Shown: positions 24,201-37,290 of the stretch, piece after piece
Position numbering within the stretch: the first letter of the stretch is position 1
How the letters are laid out: each line of letters begins with the position of its first letter
From: Marsupella aquatica
Taxonomy: Eukaryota; Plantae; Marchantiophyta
Reading direction: 5' to 3'
Length of the DNA stretch: 64,000 bases
Assembly: GCA_973895155.1 (NCBI GenBank)
Contig: OZ316897.1
Coordinates: 11,927,832 to 11,991,831, forward strand
Made by a program: the position numbers and the translations under genes
Notes under the pieces: generated by a model
Told to the model about the DNA's origin: nothing
The model's database searches: none
Seen by the model: only the letters and a program-made list of their open reading frames with translations

Positions 24201-26526
24201 TTCGCCTAAGCCAGTTCGATGGATGAGAGAATGCAATTAATTTAGACCTTACGTTGTCTATCTGTCCCAAAACCGAGGAGCTAATTCCTGATTGCTTCCA
24301 ACATGCATCCTCATCATAGGAGACGGTCCAAAGTATACCTCCTGCCAATCTGGATGTAAGAAAAAATATGACTTTCAAGAGACCATTGGCGTTTTTCACG
24401 AGTATCCAATGTTACTGTGAACGAGGACTAGGGAACAGGATAGGAGCTGTAGACCTTCCGAAAAGACGGGAGAAACACATATTTTGAGTAGACCAGAGAG
24501 AGCTGAGAGCTTACTCGTTTTCAGATGGGTTGCGACCACTTGAATGCCCTCAACTGCTGACAAAACTGCAACGCAACAGCTGCTGCTTTAACTTCCAAAG
24601 CCAAGGATGCTCAAAGCTGTCAAAAGACACTTTTAAGGGTCTCATGCATACATCCGACAGTGCTTTCTTGAAGTCACCCTATTCCCAGCGGTGTGGGGGT
24701 TGTACAGGTAGGTCATCAAGAAAGTAAACATTCAACAGCAACACTTCTCTCCAGCCAACCAAACAACACTGGGGGGTCCTCAATTCGCTCCTCTATACGA
24801 GTGTAAACCAGGCCAGGACCAGCATGGTCGAGTAATGACAGAAACGCTCATTCATCTTTGACGGTGGAAATCTATGTATTTATCACTGCGCTACCCCTTC
24901 AGATATAGATCACTCAATGGTGATTCAGGTCCTGGCAACTGTTTCTCAAACCAAACCCTTGAACAATGCTTTGTTGACAATCAATCATGCCATGGTCCTG
25001 AACTTTTACCGTGAAAATCTACCTGAAATGGCAGGTGTCAGGATACCATCTCCTATTACCATACAGCTGCCAGCCATGACCAACACCAGCAGCAATTTTT
25101 TAATTGCCGGAGAACCTTCGAGGGCTGCCTTGCACCTTGCAACGAAAAGAATCGGTTTTACATTTGTTTGACTTTGAATTCTTTTGTAGTTCTTCAGCCT
25201 TGTATCCGACTGGTGCTGAGAAATAAGCAGACTTATCTTCACATGACGGCACAGCAATGTGTATATTGAGGAAGTACCTCCTGCAAGTCTATTGAATTGG
25301 CTAGTTAGATCCCTTTTACTCGTTTTTAGTACCTCACAATTTGGACTCAACCTACAAGTGTCACACTACCTGGGAAAATTCTCTTTCTAGTAGCTGAAAA
25401 AGTCCTCGGCCTGTAACGACCGCAAATTCTGGATTGCTGGATGTCTGTTACTACTCTTCCTTGACAATCTTTTCTCCTCACGTGATGCAGCAGCAGCTTT
25501 AAATAAATGAGCACACCAAAGACTGCAAAACTCTTACGGTGGCTGAGTTCCATGTATGCGTGTACTCTCTAAATCTTGTGATCGACAAGTAAACAAACAG
25601 GTTGGAATTGAGATTACCTTCTCCGTTGTCGTCAGCATTCATGACAATTAACACATATTTCACGACAGCAACCATAGTAATGGTCCAAAATATCAGTGAC
25701 AAAGACCCCACCACATCACGTTTATCTGTAGGGGGAGTGAGAAAAGTCGACGAGAAAACATAGAGAGGGGATGTTCCCATGTCGCCATAGATCACTCCCA
25801 AACTCGAATATGATGCTTTCAGAAGCTCCACAAATGTCAGCGGAGCCTGTACTCATCCCAAACCCCAAACCCCCATCAAGGTGCGTCAGTCCAATTCAAT
25901 TTACTGGGGAATGCACTCCCTGTTCGGCCCAACTAAGCACCCATCATGCTTCTCAATTGGCAGTATCACGTTTTACGCTGCCCAAATCAATCACCCAAGT
26001 CTTGAGCGTTCGGCCAGATGGACTTACCCACATGGGGCAACCTATGGGATTTCTGAATTTTGGCCAATTGCCTTGGATCAAAGGAAACAAGGAACGAAAA
26101 CATTTGCGAAAGCCTGTTTGTAACCAACCTTCTCAGAGTGCATGTGAGAGAAATCGACGGTCCTAATTAGAGCTTTTTCAGATGAACATACTCGTCGGGA
26201 ACAACCTTCGACAATTCTGAGCATTGTTGTCAAGAATTCTACAACGATCAAACGAAAGGAGGGAAGAAACAAAAAAGGAACTCATGATTGTAACCAACCT
26301 TCTCAATCGTCTCGATAGAACCATCAAACTCGGACATGTCAGAAGTTGTTTCCTCCCCAGCTTTGAGCGATCTTCTACCAAGGTTTTTGCTCCTTGGTGA
26401 CAGAGATTTGGATGAAAGGGACCTCCTTGGTGAACTTATTGTGGGTGACATGTATCTGGGGGACGTGGATCTTGCTGACATGTTCACGGGTGAAACACAA
26501 CGAGAAATTCGCCGTGGTGATTCCAT
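21241..26526 (-). CDS. KUP/HAK/KT potassium transporter, 8 exons
   Basis: Exons 26526-26299, 25846-25618, 25280-25023, 24565-24515, 23726-23466, 23251-23199, 23039-22670 and 22256-21241, all GT-AG and in frame. Motifs LGVIYGDMGTSPLY, GDGILTPAISVLSAV, GTEAMFADLGHF, GNAYG, RVPGIG and VGMVYNI*. Confidence 0.93.
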
Positions 26527-29500
26527 TGTTTATATTGTAGGTCAGATCCAAACGCACGCTCTAACCTTGCTTGTGTGTTGATCATATCTCAGCATCATAC
26601 TGGCTTCACTTGGAGTCGCATTTTGTGAACAGTTGAGGTAGAGTGCGAAGGTCATGCTTAGGAAACGTTCCCAAAAGAACTTAAAGCAATCTGAAGAGAC
26701 AAATCATATCTTGCAAAGACTGTTTGCCTTTCTACCCCTACGACAAATATTCCCGCAAATATTATTAACATCCGCTTCCTCGTTTCGCTGCCAGAGGTTG
26801 TCGATCGGCAGAAGAGATAGATTTCCTCATTTTGGTAATAATCCGTATCCAACAATTTTTTTACAATAATATACGACAATCCAATCCTCAGTCTGGAGAA
26901 GAGTAAGATATGATTCTGATCATGCATTCTGCAAATTGATTTCTCGGGTATTGAACCTCTCACAATGCCTCATTTCTGCCATGAACGTCCGAAAGCAAAA
27001 TAAATGATTCTGTAGACCTCCGTTGGATGTAAACCTATATACGTGGTCAATGCATCATCCCTAACCTAGAGGTGGGATACTCTAAAATTCACTGCCCTAT
27101 ATGGTCCTAGGGTCGATATAAATCCTCGTCTTCATCATGGAATGTCATTACCGCAACCCATTTGGTGGCGTAAGAAGAAATAGTGCGCCTCTCGCACGCT
27201 TTTCTGGGGATTGACTATCATTCTAGCATGATCAATTCATTTCTAGCTCTGCTACATATGGACCGATCATCAAGGCAAGCAGAGCAACCACTTGGGCCAT
27301 CAAAGCAAAAACCTTTCTCTACAACATCAAGAAAGAAGAAAGAGAGGAGTAGGGACCAAGTTTATAGGCGCAGCTCACTTTGGAATAGTGCAGAGTCTCA
27401 TCACTTAAAATTTTGCTGGGAAGTGCTCCAATTCTTCCCAAACAACTTCCTATCGAGCCAACATCAGTGATTCTCATCCCCGGCCCAATTCTTCAAGCTT
27501 TGCACAGTCCTTGAGAAAATATGCCAGAATACTAATTCTTAGCCCCCAATTCTGCAAGCTTACACCTATACGGAGGAGGGTGCCCTAAGGGCAAACCCAA
27601 CCTCAAACCTCGAGAGTAAAATCGGTTCTTAAACTTCCGTTTCCTCATTTTCACATCTCGGACATTCTAAAAATTGGATCACAGAACTCTTATACAAGAA
27701 TACGGTGTAGATGCCCCAGAACATACATACGATAACTTCTATACACGACAAATACCAGGTCCGTGACAACACTTTTGTCAATAGACGATACAATGAATCT
27801 TTCTCGCCCTCCTTTCTGCTTCTTGCTAGGTTCTTCACTCTTTCTCAGGCTGTCTTTTATTCAGTTCTGACCCTTATTTTTCCTATTACTATCACAGGCG
27901 CCGCAATACATGTTGAACGCGAGACGGTTTGCAAAGAGAGGCACTGATAGGTCTTGGACGTGAGGCAATTCGTTATGCTTACGCTAGAGGCGTTCCTGAC
28001 TATAAAAAATATCTGCTGTCATAGCTGAGAATACTGCTCTCCTGTGTGTACAGTAACAGCCTATCACCAGGGACATTGGCATCATGAAAAGGCTTTAGGG
28101 TGCTTGAAACCTGGCTCAAAAATTTTCTTATTTTTCGAATGTTTGGTAGCTTAAAACCTGCCCATAGCATTCACACCCGAGCATTATATCGGATAACTGC
28201 ACTGCAAAGTACAATGAAAAGGTCCGGGGAGAGCCTTAAGAAGGTAGGATGGTCGTAATATTCCCACCTTAACATGCCCTATATGATGAGTTACAAGTTG
28301 ACAAATTCGGATCTGATAGTACAAGAGGGCTGTTTTCCTTTATAAAATATGACCTTAGGGGCGGTCCTAGTAGGTGGGTCCCTTCGATTTTTCGTCGTCC
28401 TAGGAGGAAGGACACGACGCCAGCAATTCCTTGATCGGGAAGGAACGAATCGGATGAATCTCTTTACACCGAAATTATCTGAAAATCCATGTGGAGACGA
28501 AGTTGAGTTGGATGCAGCGATAGCACCTAACTAGGAAGGGGGGCACTTTCGTCCTTGCGTGGAGAATCTATGTTCACGTGTAGAGGCTCAATTTGTTTTG
28601 AATTGCCAAGTAAGAGAATCCAGGATCCCTTTGAGTAGAGTTGTTGTTTTCTCAAATTCGTTATTTTTTTCCATTATGTTTCGGTTCCCTTCGAGAGCAC
28701 ATTGAATCATCCCTATCACTCATACATTGTGGAGCATTGGGTATTGCCATGTAAAAAGGACTGAACCCTCCTGACTCCAACGACTGCCAGTAAGGTAAAC
28801 AAGAGGCGGGAAAAGCTTTCACAACAACAGGAGGACTGTACAGCTTCGAGACAACTCCTTAGTAAGAGTAAACGAATTGTCCGTGTTGGCATTGAACATA
28901 AATTAATGGACTGATAAATTTAGAATCAGAAGAGATAGTGCACCCTACCCAAAGGCGGTTTTTGAGACTTGGAGGGTAGGTCAATTATCACCTTCTAAAC
29001 AAAAATGATGCAGCTAAGAAAACATGGTGATGAGGTCTGCAGCGAGTTCAAAGGAACTTGCACAAACTATTATCAATTGATTGAATATAGACCGGCTCCT
29101 TCCGAGGATAGGTCTCTATGCACTTGTATGGCGAAAATGAAGTGAATTTCTCCTTCTGCTCTTGTAATGCAGGACATAAAAGTTAAATTTTACAAACCCA
29201 TTTGAAAGGGTTGCGATGATGAAAAACTCTGCCATGGCGAACTTGGAAAGACTGAGTCGCACTAGCATCTCATCATAATGCCACAGAAGCTCTCACGTCT
29301 TCATGTAGTAAGATATCACTCCTTACTGATCCAACAATGTCGAACAAGCTCCACCGAGTTGATCTCTTGGGTAAATTTCTGCTTAGAACTCCGACAGCCA
29401 TGAAAAGGAACTGAAGTAGGTTACTGAGAGAACATAGTTCTTTATCATGTGACTTTGGGAGCCTTTTCTAGTATTTTGATGCACGATCCTTTTCCCGGAA

Positions 29501-29670
29501 ACCCTTGGCGACGCAGGCATCTCCTCGAGACCAAAACTCATTACTGATGACGGGTCTTTCCAAGCAATGTGTGAGCGCAAAATAAAGGTTTCAATATGGG
29601 AGACTCAAGACAAAAGAGCTGATGTACAGTTTACGGAATTGTCAACTATCTCTTGTCACCCCCGCAGTGC

Positions 29671-32600
29671 TTAATCAAACAGCTGCTCTCCGGTTGAAAA
29701 TACGTTCCAAACAACTGTTCCAAAGAGATACAGACCGACTGCAACCTTAAACACATCATCCCATGAACCTGCAAAAGTAGGCACCCAAAACTTCGTGAGA
29801 AACCGGATAGAAGAAATTGACCAAGTTTGTAACTGTAACAGCAAGATCGGACGATGACAAGAAGCTGCGAGAGCTAACCATGTTGAAGAATGTAACCAGT
29901 TGCAGCTGTACCAAAGACTCCAGCCAGCACACCTGCTGTGTTGGAAAGACCCAGCAGAATACCCTGCACAATCACAAAACAGCACCAATTTTATAGAGGG
30001 TAAGAGGCTGTTGAATACAACCATAGTCCAGAGAAAACTCGTCACCTACGACTCACAGCAACAACAGTAGATGGATTGAGAAAAACGCAAAAAGCACGTA
30101 AGATAGGATACCCACTTTCAACGCACCCTGACTCTGACCCTGACTTCTAAAGACCAGCTCTAAAATCACCTAATCTTTTCTATCCAGGATTCAATTAGTG
30201 CAAAGCACTCACTGAATAACGAGGACCAATGTCCTGATGATTGGAGTAGAGCCCCGCTTGAGAAAAGGCATCGGTTCCCTGTTAGAGATACCAGAAAGTG
30301 GTAAGGGTCAGCATGACCACAATGCATAACATACACCATGGAGCCTTGAAAGGAACCCAGCAGAAGAAGAGGAACAACCATTTGGTTGAGTTCACAAACC
30401 TGGGATGCCATCATACAAAGTACAGCCATTGGAGGTGAAGTGATATGGCTGAGCTGTGTAAGGAAAAATGCGGGTCCCAAAAATCCGATGCTTTGCATAA
30501 CCTGCCCAGAAACGTAAAATGTCAAAAACTCTATCATTCTATTCTCTAGCAGTACCTGTCGGGTCTTCTGCATTAGCATTACTCCAGCAAAAGGCAATGG
30601 AAGATAATTATGAGTCCCATAAAACTAGTTCCACAATCTTTTTAACGAAGCATTCTTTTCGAGAGGGAGATTCATGTTCCTGTAAGCTTCTGACAGGTTT
30701 AAGTGACAAAGAATATATAATGTTCTTTGAATCACTCATAATATAGACCAGCTATCTCTAGAAAATTGGCAATAAAATACGGGCTTCGTTACAGTACGGA
30801 CCTTGCGAACAATTGTCACTGAGTAACCTTTGCTCACTAAAGTATCAGCAATCCACCCCCCTATATTTGCTGATACTGCCATCGTTAACCACGGAAGCAC
30901 TGAAAACAGCCCTGATTCCATGAGGTTGAAACCCAACACCTGCAGCAAGCCAAAGCAAGTTAGATATCGAGACAATGAGAGAACAACACTTGTTAATCAA
31001 ACTGACTGACTGACAAGGTCGTGCAAATTGCTAAAGCCAGCTACTGAATTACAAATTAACTCACATGTTGACGGTAAATCTCGTAGTAACATTTAGAACA
31101 TTTGAAAACTTCATGGCTTACATCATTATGACAGAATCCTACCTGATTGTAGTATGTGGGCATCCATGTCAGCAGGATGAAGGTACCCCAGTTATGACAG
31201 AAGTGGCAAATAATCAATGCCCAGACCGGTGCTTTTGAAAGGATGAGACCCCAAGGAATTCTTTTAATAGGCTCTTTTGGCTTGTTGGTTCTCAGAATAA
31301 GACTTCTCTCTTCATCGCTTAGTGTCGGGTCCTCCCCTGGCGTGCTGTAGGCCTGAAAACAGTCACAGATTCCAAAACACAAGGATGTCTTATGAACATA
31401 GTACCCAACTAATCCTTACTCGACCCAGCCCCTTCCCTGCTTCCTGTGCATGGCTGAAATGGTAGACTTCAATTACCTTTCCTTGGCAATAAAGACAAAG
31501 TCCAAGAGACCAGTAGTTATTGAGAAAAACGAATTGCTGGTAATTGACTGTTACTGTTGTTTTTGTGTTTCATGTGATTTAGGCCCGAACTCTACAGAAA
31601 GTCATGAGAAATGTTATTTGTTCAACAGCAGACTATGATTGCAACATACAAGATCAACATGAAATAACAACTTACATATTGCTGCCACAGAGCAAACCAA
31701 ATTGCACCAATAGATCCGAAGACGAAGAACACGGACGGCCAACCATATCTTTGAATAAGAGATGGAGAGCAAGCTAATCCTGTTACAGAACCCAGATACA
31801 TTCCGCTATAGACGAAGGCCAACGATCGGCTTCTCTCTTCAACAGGAATCCACCTAGAGAGTAAATTGTTCATAGCTGGCATTGCCACTCCCTGCACAGA
31901 ATTGAGGAATATAACTCTCCACACTGTGTAAGTTGTTTCAAAGAATCGCGGAGCCTTCCCCTAGTCTGATAATCATCCTCGAAACGAACCCTATAGTCAA
32001 TAGGGCGTGAATCAAAATGCCAACCACTCAATAGTCTTTCACAGAATTTTCCCATGTTCTTTCTGAAACTGACGAGACACTGGCAGATGTCGTGAAGGAT
32101 CATGATAAAATACCTCTCCAACACCCATACAAGCTCGTACGAAAAATAAGGCGGGCAGCCCAATCTTGGCAGCGATTGGAGTGGCGATTGTTGCCAAAGA
32201 CCACCAAATCACACCAAACCCCAATACCTGCTTACCCCCAATGCTATCCGCCCATATTCCACCAGCAATCTACAACAATCAAGAGTCCGTCAATACTGCA
32301 TGATGTCTACTTGCATATAAGGTCATTGGAACTCCATAGATTAATCGACACGAGGAAGGTTTTCCGTTCACTGGCTAAAGGACTGAAGGACTGAAGGAGT
32401 GCAACGATTTAATTGACAGTGTAAGAACTGAACATCTGTATAGCCTAGCAAAACACCTACATCATATACAATCTCTACTTCGGCGGAAAATTACGATTCA
32501 AAATACAAAATCTCCGCTTCACTATCTGGCTAGTAAGGATTATAGTCAATTTATCGAAACTATTCATCTGGCTCGCTAATGAAAATAATCAATTATCGGA

Positions 32601-33956
32601 CGAAATAATGCATTCAATTTGCAGAGACTCTCAAAGTTCACCAAATAGCACGAGGACTCGTAAAATAATCTTTGCCAACACTTGAATGTTATCGAAGGTG
32701 CCCAACTACAGTGTTGACCATTCAGTAGTCACTGAACTAGTCAGCTGAGTATATTCGTCCCATTCTTCTGAATTCAATTGTGATTGCTAACCAATTCATA
32801 TAACCCCCATCATCTGGCTTTCGATTCTGTGCACTCTTCTGGACACTTTCTGGCGCAAGTTTGTAGTAAATTCCTTGTTTCATGTTTCCCTTAATATCCG
32901 TATCCATGGCCTTTCCATACCAACATCAGCAGACCAGGCCAACGGTGTGACTCTTTTCAATACAATTGGCAGGAAACAGCGAAAAGGGAAACAACAGAGT
33001 ACCTGTGTCAAGAGATAGCCCCAGAAAAAAGACGATTGCACGAGGCCCACGGTAGTCGGACTCCAATGATATTCGGAAGCCATTGGCATAATTGCAATAC
33101 TCATGTTCACGCGGTCCATGTTGCAAAGAAGAAACGCGAAAAAGCAAAGAATAACAATTGTCCAACGCTTGGGGATCCAGTCGAACCACGATGTTGAAGG
33201 TGAGGGTGATGATGATGATGATGATGATGATGTTGGTACTGGGGCTGGCGATGGCGATGGCATGGATTCTACCTCTACCGCTTCATCACTGCCACTAAAC
33301 GGTGCTGCTGATCTCTCACTGGAAGCATCGGGCATCCTAGCAGGTAGGAAATCGGTCAGCTCCAAATCCTCTCCTCCCAGTGGTCCATCCCCAGCATCAT
33401 CCAACCCCACATTGTCCAGCTTAAAATCTCCGACGTCCCAACTGTCGGAGTAAGGTTGCTGTTGACCTCTGCCTGTCCCCGACGGTGGCACCAGTTCAGC
33501 CCGTCCACTGCTGTAAGAGCCTCCCCTTCGGAATTCAGGAAAATGAATTTGTTTGCTGAATCTATTGGCGGCAGTAGCAGAAGCAACCCTTCTCCTTTTT
33601 CTCACTTGACTGTTGATACCGTGAAGACAATGCCATAACAATCCCTCAAATGCCTCACTGCCGTGTAAATTTGGGCCACTGCTGCCACCAAGTAGACCAG
33701 TGCTAGAGCTGCAAAACTGGGAGGAAGCAATCCGCTCAGACAAGCCACCCGCGTGTGTAATGGCGAGCCTGGCACTGCTCCCGTTTAGGACATGCTGGGA
33801 GGAGGACATACTCAGCTTCATTGCTCTCTTCTCCCATACTCTCAACCGAATGCTGGTGCAGCAAGACGATTGGGGTCCGAGAGGGTTCCTCAGGCGATAG
33901 GACAGCTCCACTGCCGCGTACTCTGCTCGAGCATTGCTGCTCCTCACCAAGGCCAT
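29671..33956 (-). CDS. Plastid PHT4/ANTR-family (SLC17-like) anion/phosphate transporter, PHT4;1/PHT4;4-like, 9 exons
   Basis: Exons 33956-33003, 32269-32114, 31891-31676, 31352-31143, 30939-30802, 30501-30400, 30278-30213, 29963-29879 and 29768-29671. Motifs FLLCNMDRVNMSIAI, SSFFWGYLLTQ, HFCHNWGTFILLTWMPTY, YSNHQDIGPRY and WNVFSTGE. Long Ser-rich transit-peptide-like N-terminus. Confidence 0.93.
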
Positions 33957-35065
33957 TTCTCTCCTTCCACCTCCTAAATCTGAAAGACCCAGATACGAAG
34001 CAAATGGTCAGACTCTAAACTGAAAATATGTGCAAATAGCTGCTCGAATGGATAAGAGGAGACATGTTGTGGAAGAAAGGCTGCATTGGCATTAACATCC
34101 ATTGGCCTCAAACAGGGGCGTCCGTCAACACAATGGGCCTAAATGCCAAAGTGCTGCGCAGAGAACAGCGGAATTTGGACGGGGACGCTGTGGACATGGG
34201 CCACACTTGAATATTCCTGCCGTTGCCATAGATAGATTGATTCGGCCAGAGTGGAATCTCCAGCAATCAGACACAAAACAAAAGAGAAAGGGGGGCAGCG
34301 TCTGCGATGGATGGTAGACGTCGGAGAAATCTTTTCTCAGTATTCCCTTCTAGCAGAAGATTGGGCATGACAACTACTAAAACGTGCCTACACTCCCATT
34401 CACTCACGTCGAGGCCAGTGTAGAAGATGAGCAGGTTCTCAGTCAGGTGAGTCGAAGTCATCCACAAAATGACCACAGACAGGACAGGGAAGAATCGTTG
34501 GGAGGAATCATTCCAACCCGCCCTGCCACTTCCGTTACCAGTTCAATTCCATTCTATGGCAATCCCATCTTTTCCCAGTGCAAAGGAGAACTCATTTTCA
34601 CGCGAAACATAGGGAGACACGGACGAAAGAGAGGAGAGCAACTCGCCGTTGAAATTACAAGGACTCGGGCAATGTGAGGCAGAAATTTGAATTCCACCTC
34701 CATTCCAGTGGGGTCTCGAGACAGTGACAGAGAGACTATTGATTGCGCCCACATTCCGATCCATTTACCACGGGAGAGCATAATACCTGCTATGGGAGCA
34801 ACGGAGGCGAGAAGAGCAACACTCGCCATAGATATTATCGACACTGTCAAACAGTACAACTCCGGGAAGTATTTATCTACTTCCTCCTCCCAGATCCCTC
34901 CGGCCAGCCAGCCTTGGCACGTCCGCCCAGATGCCTGGAGATGAGCAAGTCAACACACTACTGTCCTCGCCCAATCACACAAGTCCAGAGCAGCTGCACC
35001 CCAACTCACAGCTGCCAATTACTGCCACCAAACCCCTCTTCCTCGCGTCTATTCCTCAGCGCTGG

Positions 35066-35360
35066 GTAGCTATCCAGCCATGGCAGCAGCTGCACAGCGT
35101 CATTCACCGTTAGACCCACTTCCTGGTCCAAACTGCCCACAATCCCCCTTCCCTTCTGTCTCTATTCTTGAACGCTACGTAGAGTAGCTATCCAGCCATG
35201 GCAGCAGCTGCAGCTTCATTCAAGCTTGAGACCCACTTGCTGCTGCATACTGCCCTCAATCCTTTCTTCCTTCTGTCTCTCCTCTTGATTGCTACGTAGA
35301 GTAGCTATCCAGCCATGGCAGCAGCTGCAGCTTCATTCAAGCTTTTGAGACCCACTTACT
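35066..35360. repeat. Tandem repeat of about 117 bp, 2.5 copies
   Basis: GTAGCTATCCAGCCATGGCAGCAGCTGCA at 35066, 35184 and 35301. Confidence 0.85.
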
Positions 35361-36057
35361 CCTCTCTGAGGTTTTGCTTCCACCACCTCATCATCTCCTC
35401 CTCCCTTCGAGCTGCAGCAGCAGACTAAACATGCTTTTCACTGCAGCCAACTACTGGATGGCCACTGTCTGCCCATTGCCCTGCCTCGCCTCATCAGCCA
35501 TCATATCCATCGATGGAACACACAAACCCACAAAAGCCTAAACCCCGCCTTTTGCTCTATAAAATTATTATTCCTTCAATCTCTCCCTTCCACCAATCCC
35601 TCAAATCTTCGATCCGTCCTTCTCGTCCGACCCCTTTCTTCTTCCTTCATTCATTTCCCATCCATCCTCCTCTCTCTCCCTTCTCGGACTTGTGTAAAAC
35701 GGCGTAACGCTTGTAAAAGGCGTAAATGGATCATGTAAACGGAGTAAGAATGTAATCGAAAAGTTGGGGCACGTGGCGGTCCCTAAATGGAACCTCTTCT
35801 CCTCCTCTTTTCGAGTATTTACCCTGCATTTCTATATTGTGCCGTATCTCCCAAGGATATTCTTGGACTTCCAAACCGTCGATTCTGAGCTGATTCTTCA
35901 TCATGTTCTTGCATTCTTATATATATATATGTAAAATAATTTGATATTCCCATTTTCTCCTCCATTAAAAATTTGATATCTTTTTCACAGGCTTTGTCAC
36001 TAAAGATGTTCTAATTGATAATATTATCACTATTTTATTTATTTATTAAAATGTCTA

Positions 36058-36187
36058 CCTTTTGTACATGGATGACAAGTTCATGAAGGTCACAAGGGGA
36101 ACTATATAATGGCATTTTTCCCTTTTGTACATGGATGACAATTCAAGTTCATCAAGGTAACAAGGGGAACTATGTAATGGCATTTTT
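36058..36187. repeat. Tandem duplication of about 63 bp
   Basis: CCTTTTGTACATGGATGACAA...ACAAGGGGAACTAT...AATGGCATTTTT at 36058 and 36121. Confidence 0.8.
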
Positions 36188-36499
36188 GTAAATACCAAAA
36201 AAATAATGGCTTGTAAATTCAAAATCTTTAGTGGCAATGTATTTAAAAGGTGATATTTTTTATCATAAGTTTTAATAGGATGTCCATCCAAACCTTTGAA
36301 TTAGGATGGGATCTGGGAATTCTCATTATTGTAAGAAGATCCACTCTTAGGATAGTATATTGATGTCATCCTATATATCACATTGCCAAAACGATAGGAA
36401 CACTGAACCAGGGGACAAGAGCCCAAAGGCAAAAAAAGGCCCAATAAAGGGAGGAAAAAAGGGAAAGACCCCAAGAAGACCAAGAGGCCCAACAAACCA

Positions 36500-37290
36500 A
36501 GGAGTCCCCCACAATAAATGCCCGGGTAAATGCTGGGCCACCGATGGGATCACCCTAGCGAGTATGAGTCTTGGATAGAATGGTCATGTAGGATCCAGGA
36601 CTCAACCAATCAGGGTAGAACAAAAGGGTAGGGTTCCCATAGAAAGCACAAAGAAAAGGAATGCGGGATATCTCTCCCCCAACATCTCAAAGCTCCTCAA
36701 AATGGCCCGCCAAGAAATACTGTTGAATGCATTAGCAACGTCCAGTTGGATGACGGCCCAAATAGGGTGGAGATCTGTGATCGAACAAAGGTCATGCACG
36801 ACACTCTCACAACCCCCAAGGGTGCCCACCCCAAACTGATGAGGGGAGAAATGAGATGCAAATGGTGATCAAGTCTGAAGCCAAACACAACAGCCAACCA
36901 TCTAGTAAAGAACCTCCCCAATGACAAGGGGCCGAACCCCCACAGGCTCCTAAGCCATGACCAGCAGCCAACTAGCCCCTAAGAGCCAGGAGGCAAATGG
37001 AGGGATACAGCCACCCGCAACATGAGCACAAACCTGAAAAAGCTGAGAAAACCCTTAATATGCATAGTCGTAAGGAAAGAAGCAGTTATGCACATGCTCA
37101 AACATCATCCCAGAGACACCAACAGCCAAAATGCACACCAAGTGAAGGAAAACAGAGGTGAAATAGTTCCCGAAGAGGGACAACTCAAACTCAGGTAAGA
37201 AACTCCCCACAAAGCCAGGGACCTCAATGGGAACTAGGGGATGAAGGGACCAGAGGGGAGCAACAGTCTCCTCCAAAGAAGGGCTCTAGT
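36500..37290 (-). mobile_element. Degenerate non-LTR retrotransposon reverse transcriptase, CRE/early-branching type
   Basis: Translates as GVRPLVIGEVLY*, HFSPHQFGVGTLGGCESVVH, VIQLDVANAFNSIS and TR*GDPIGG. These match RT domains 1-4 of the GG.EA..H / D..NAFN / RQGDP type. Stops and frameshifts present. Confidence 0.75.

Noticed and set aside
34384-35069. Cluster of ORFs upstream of the PHT4 gene
   Set aside because: No family motif; may be part of an element associated with the 117-bp repeats, but this is unsupported.
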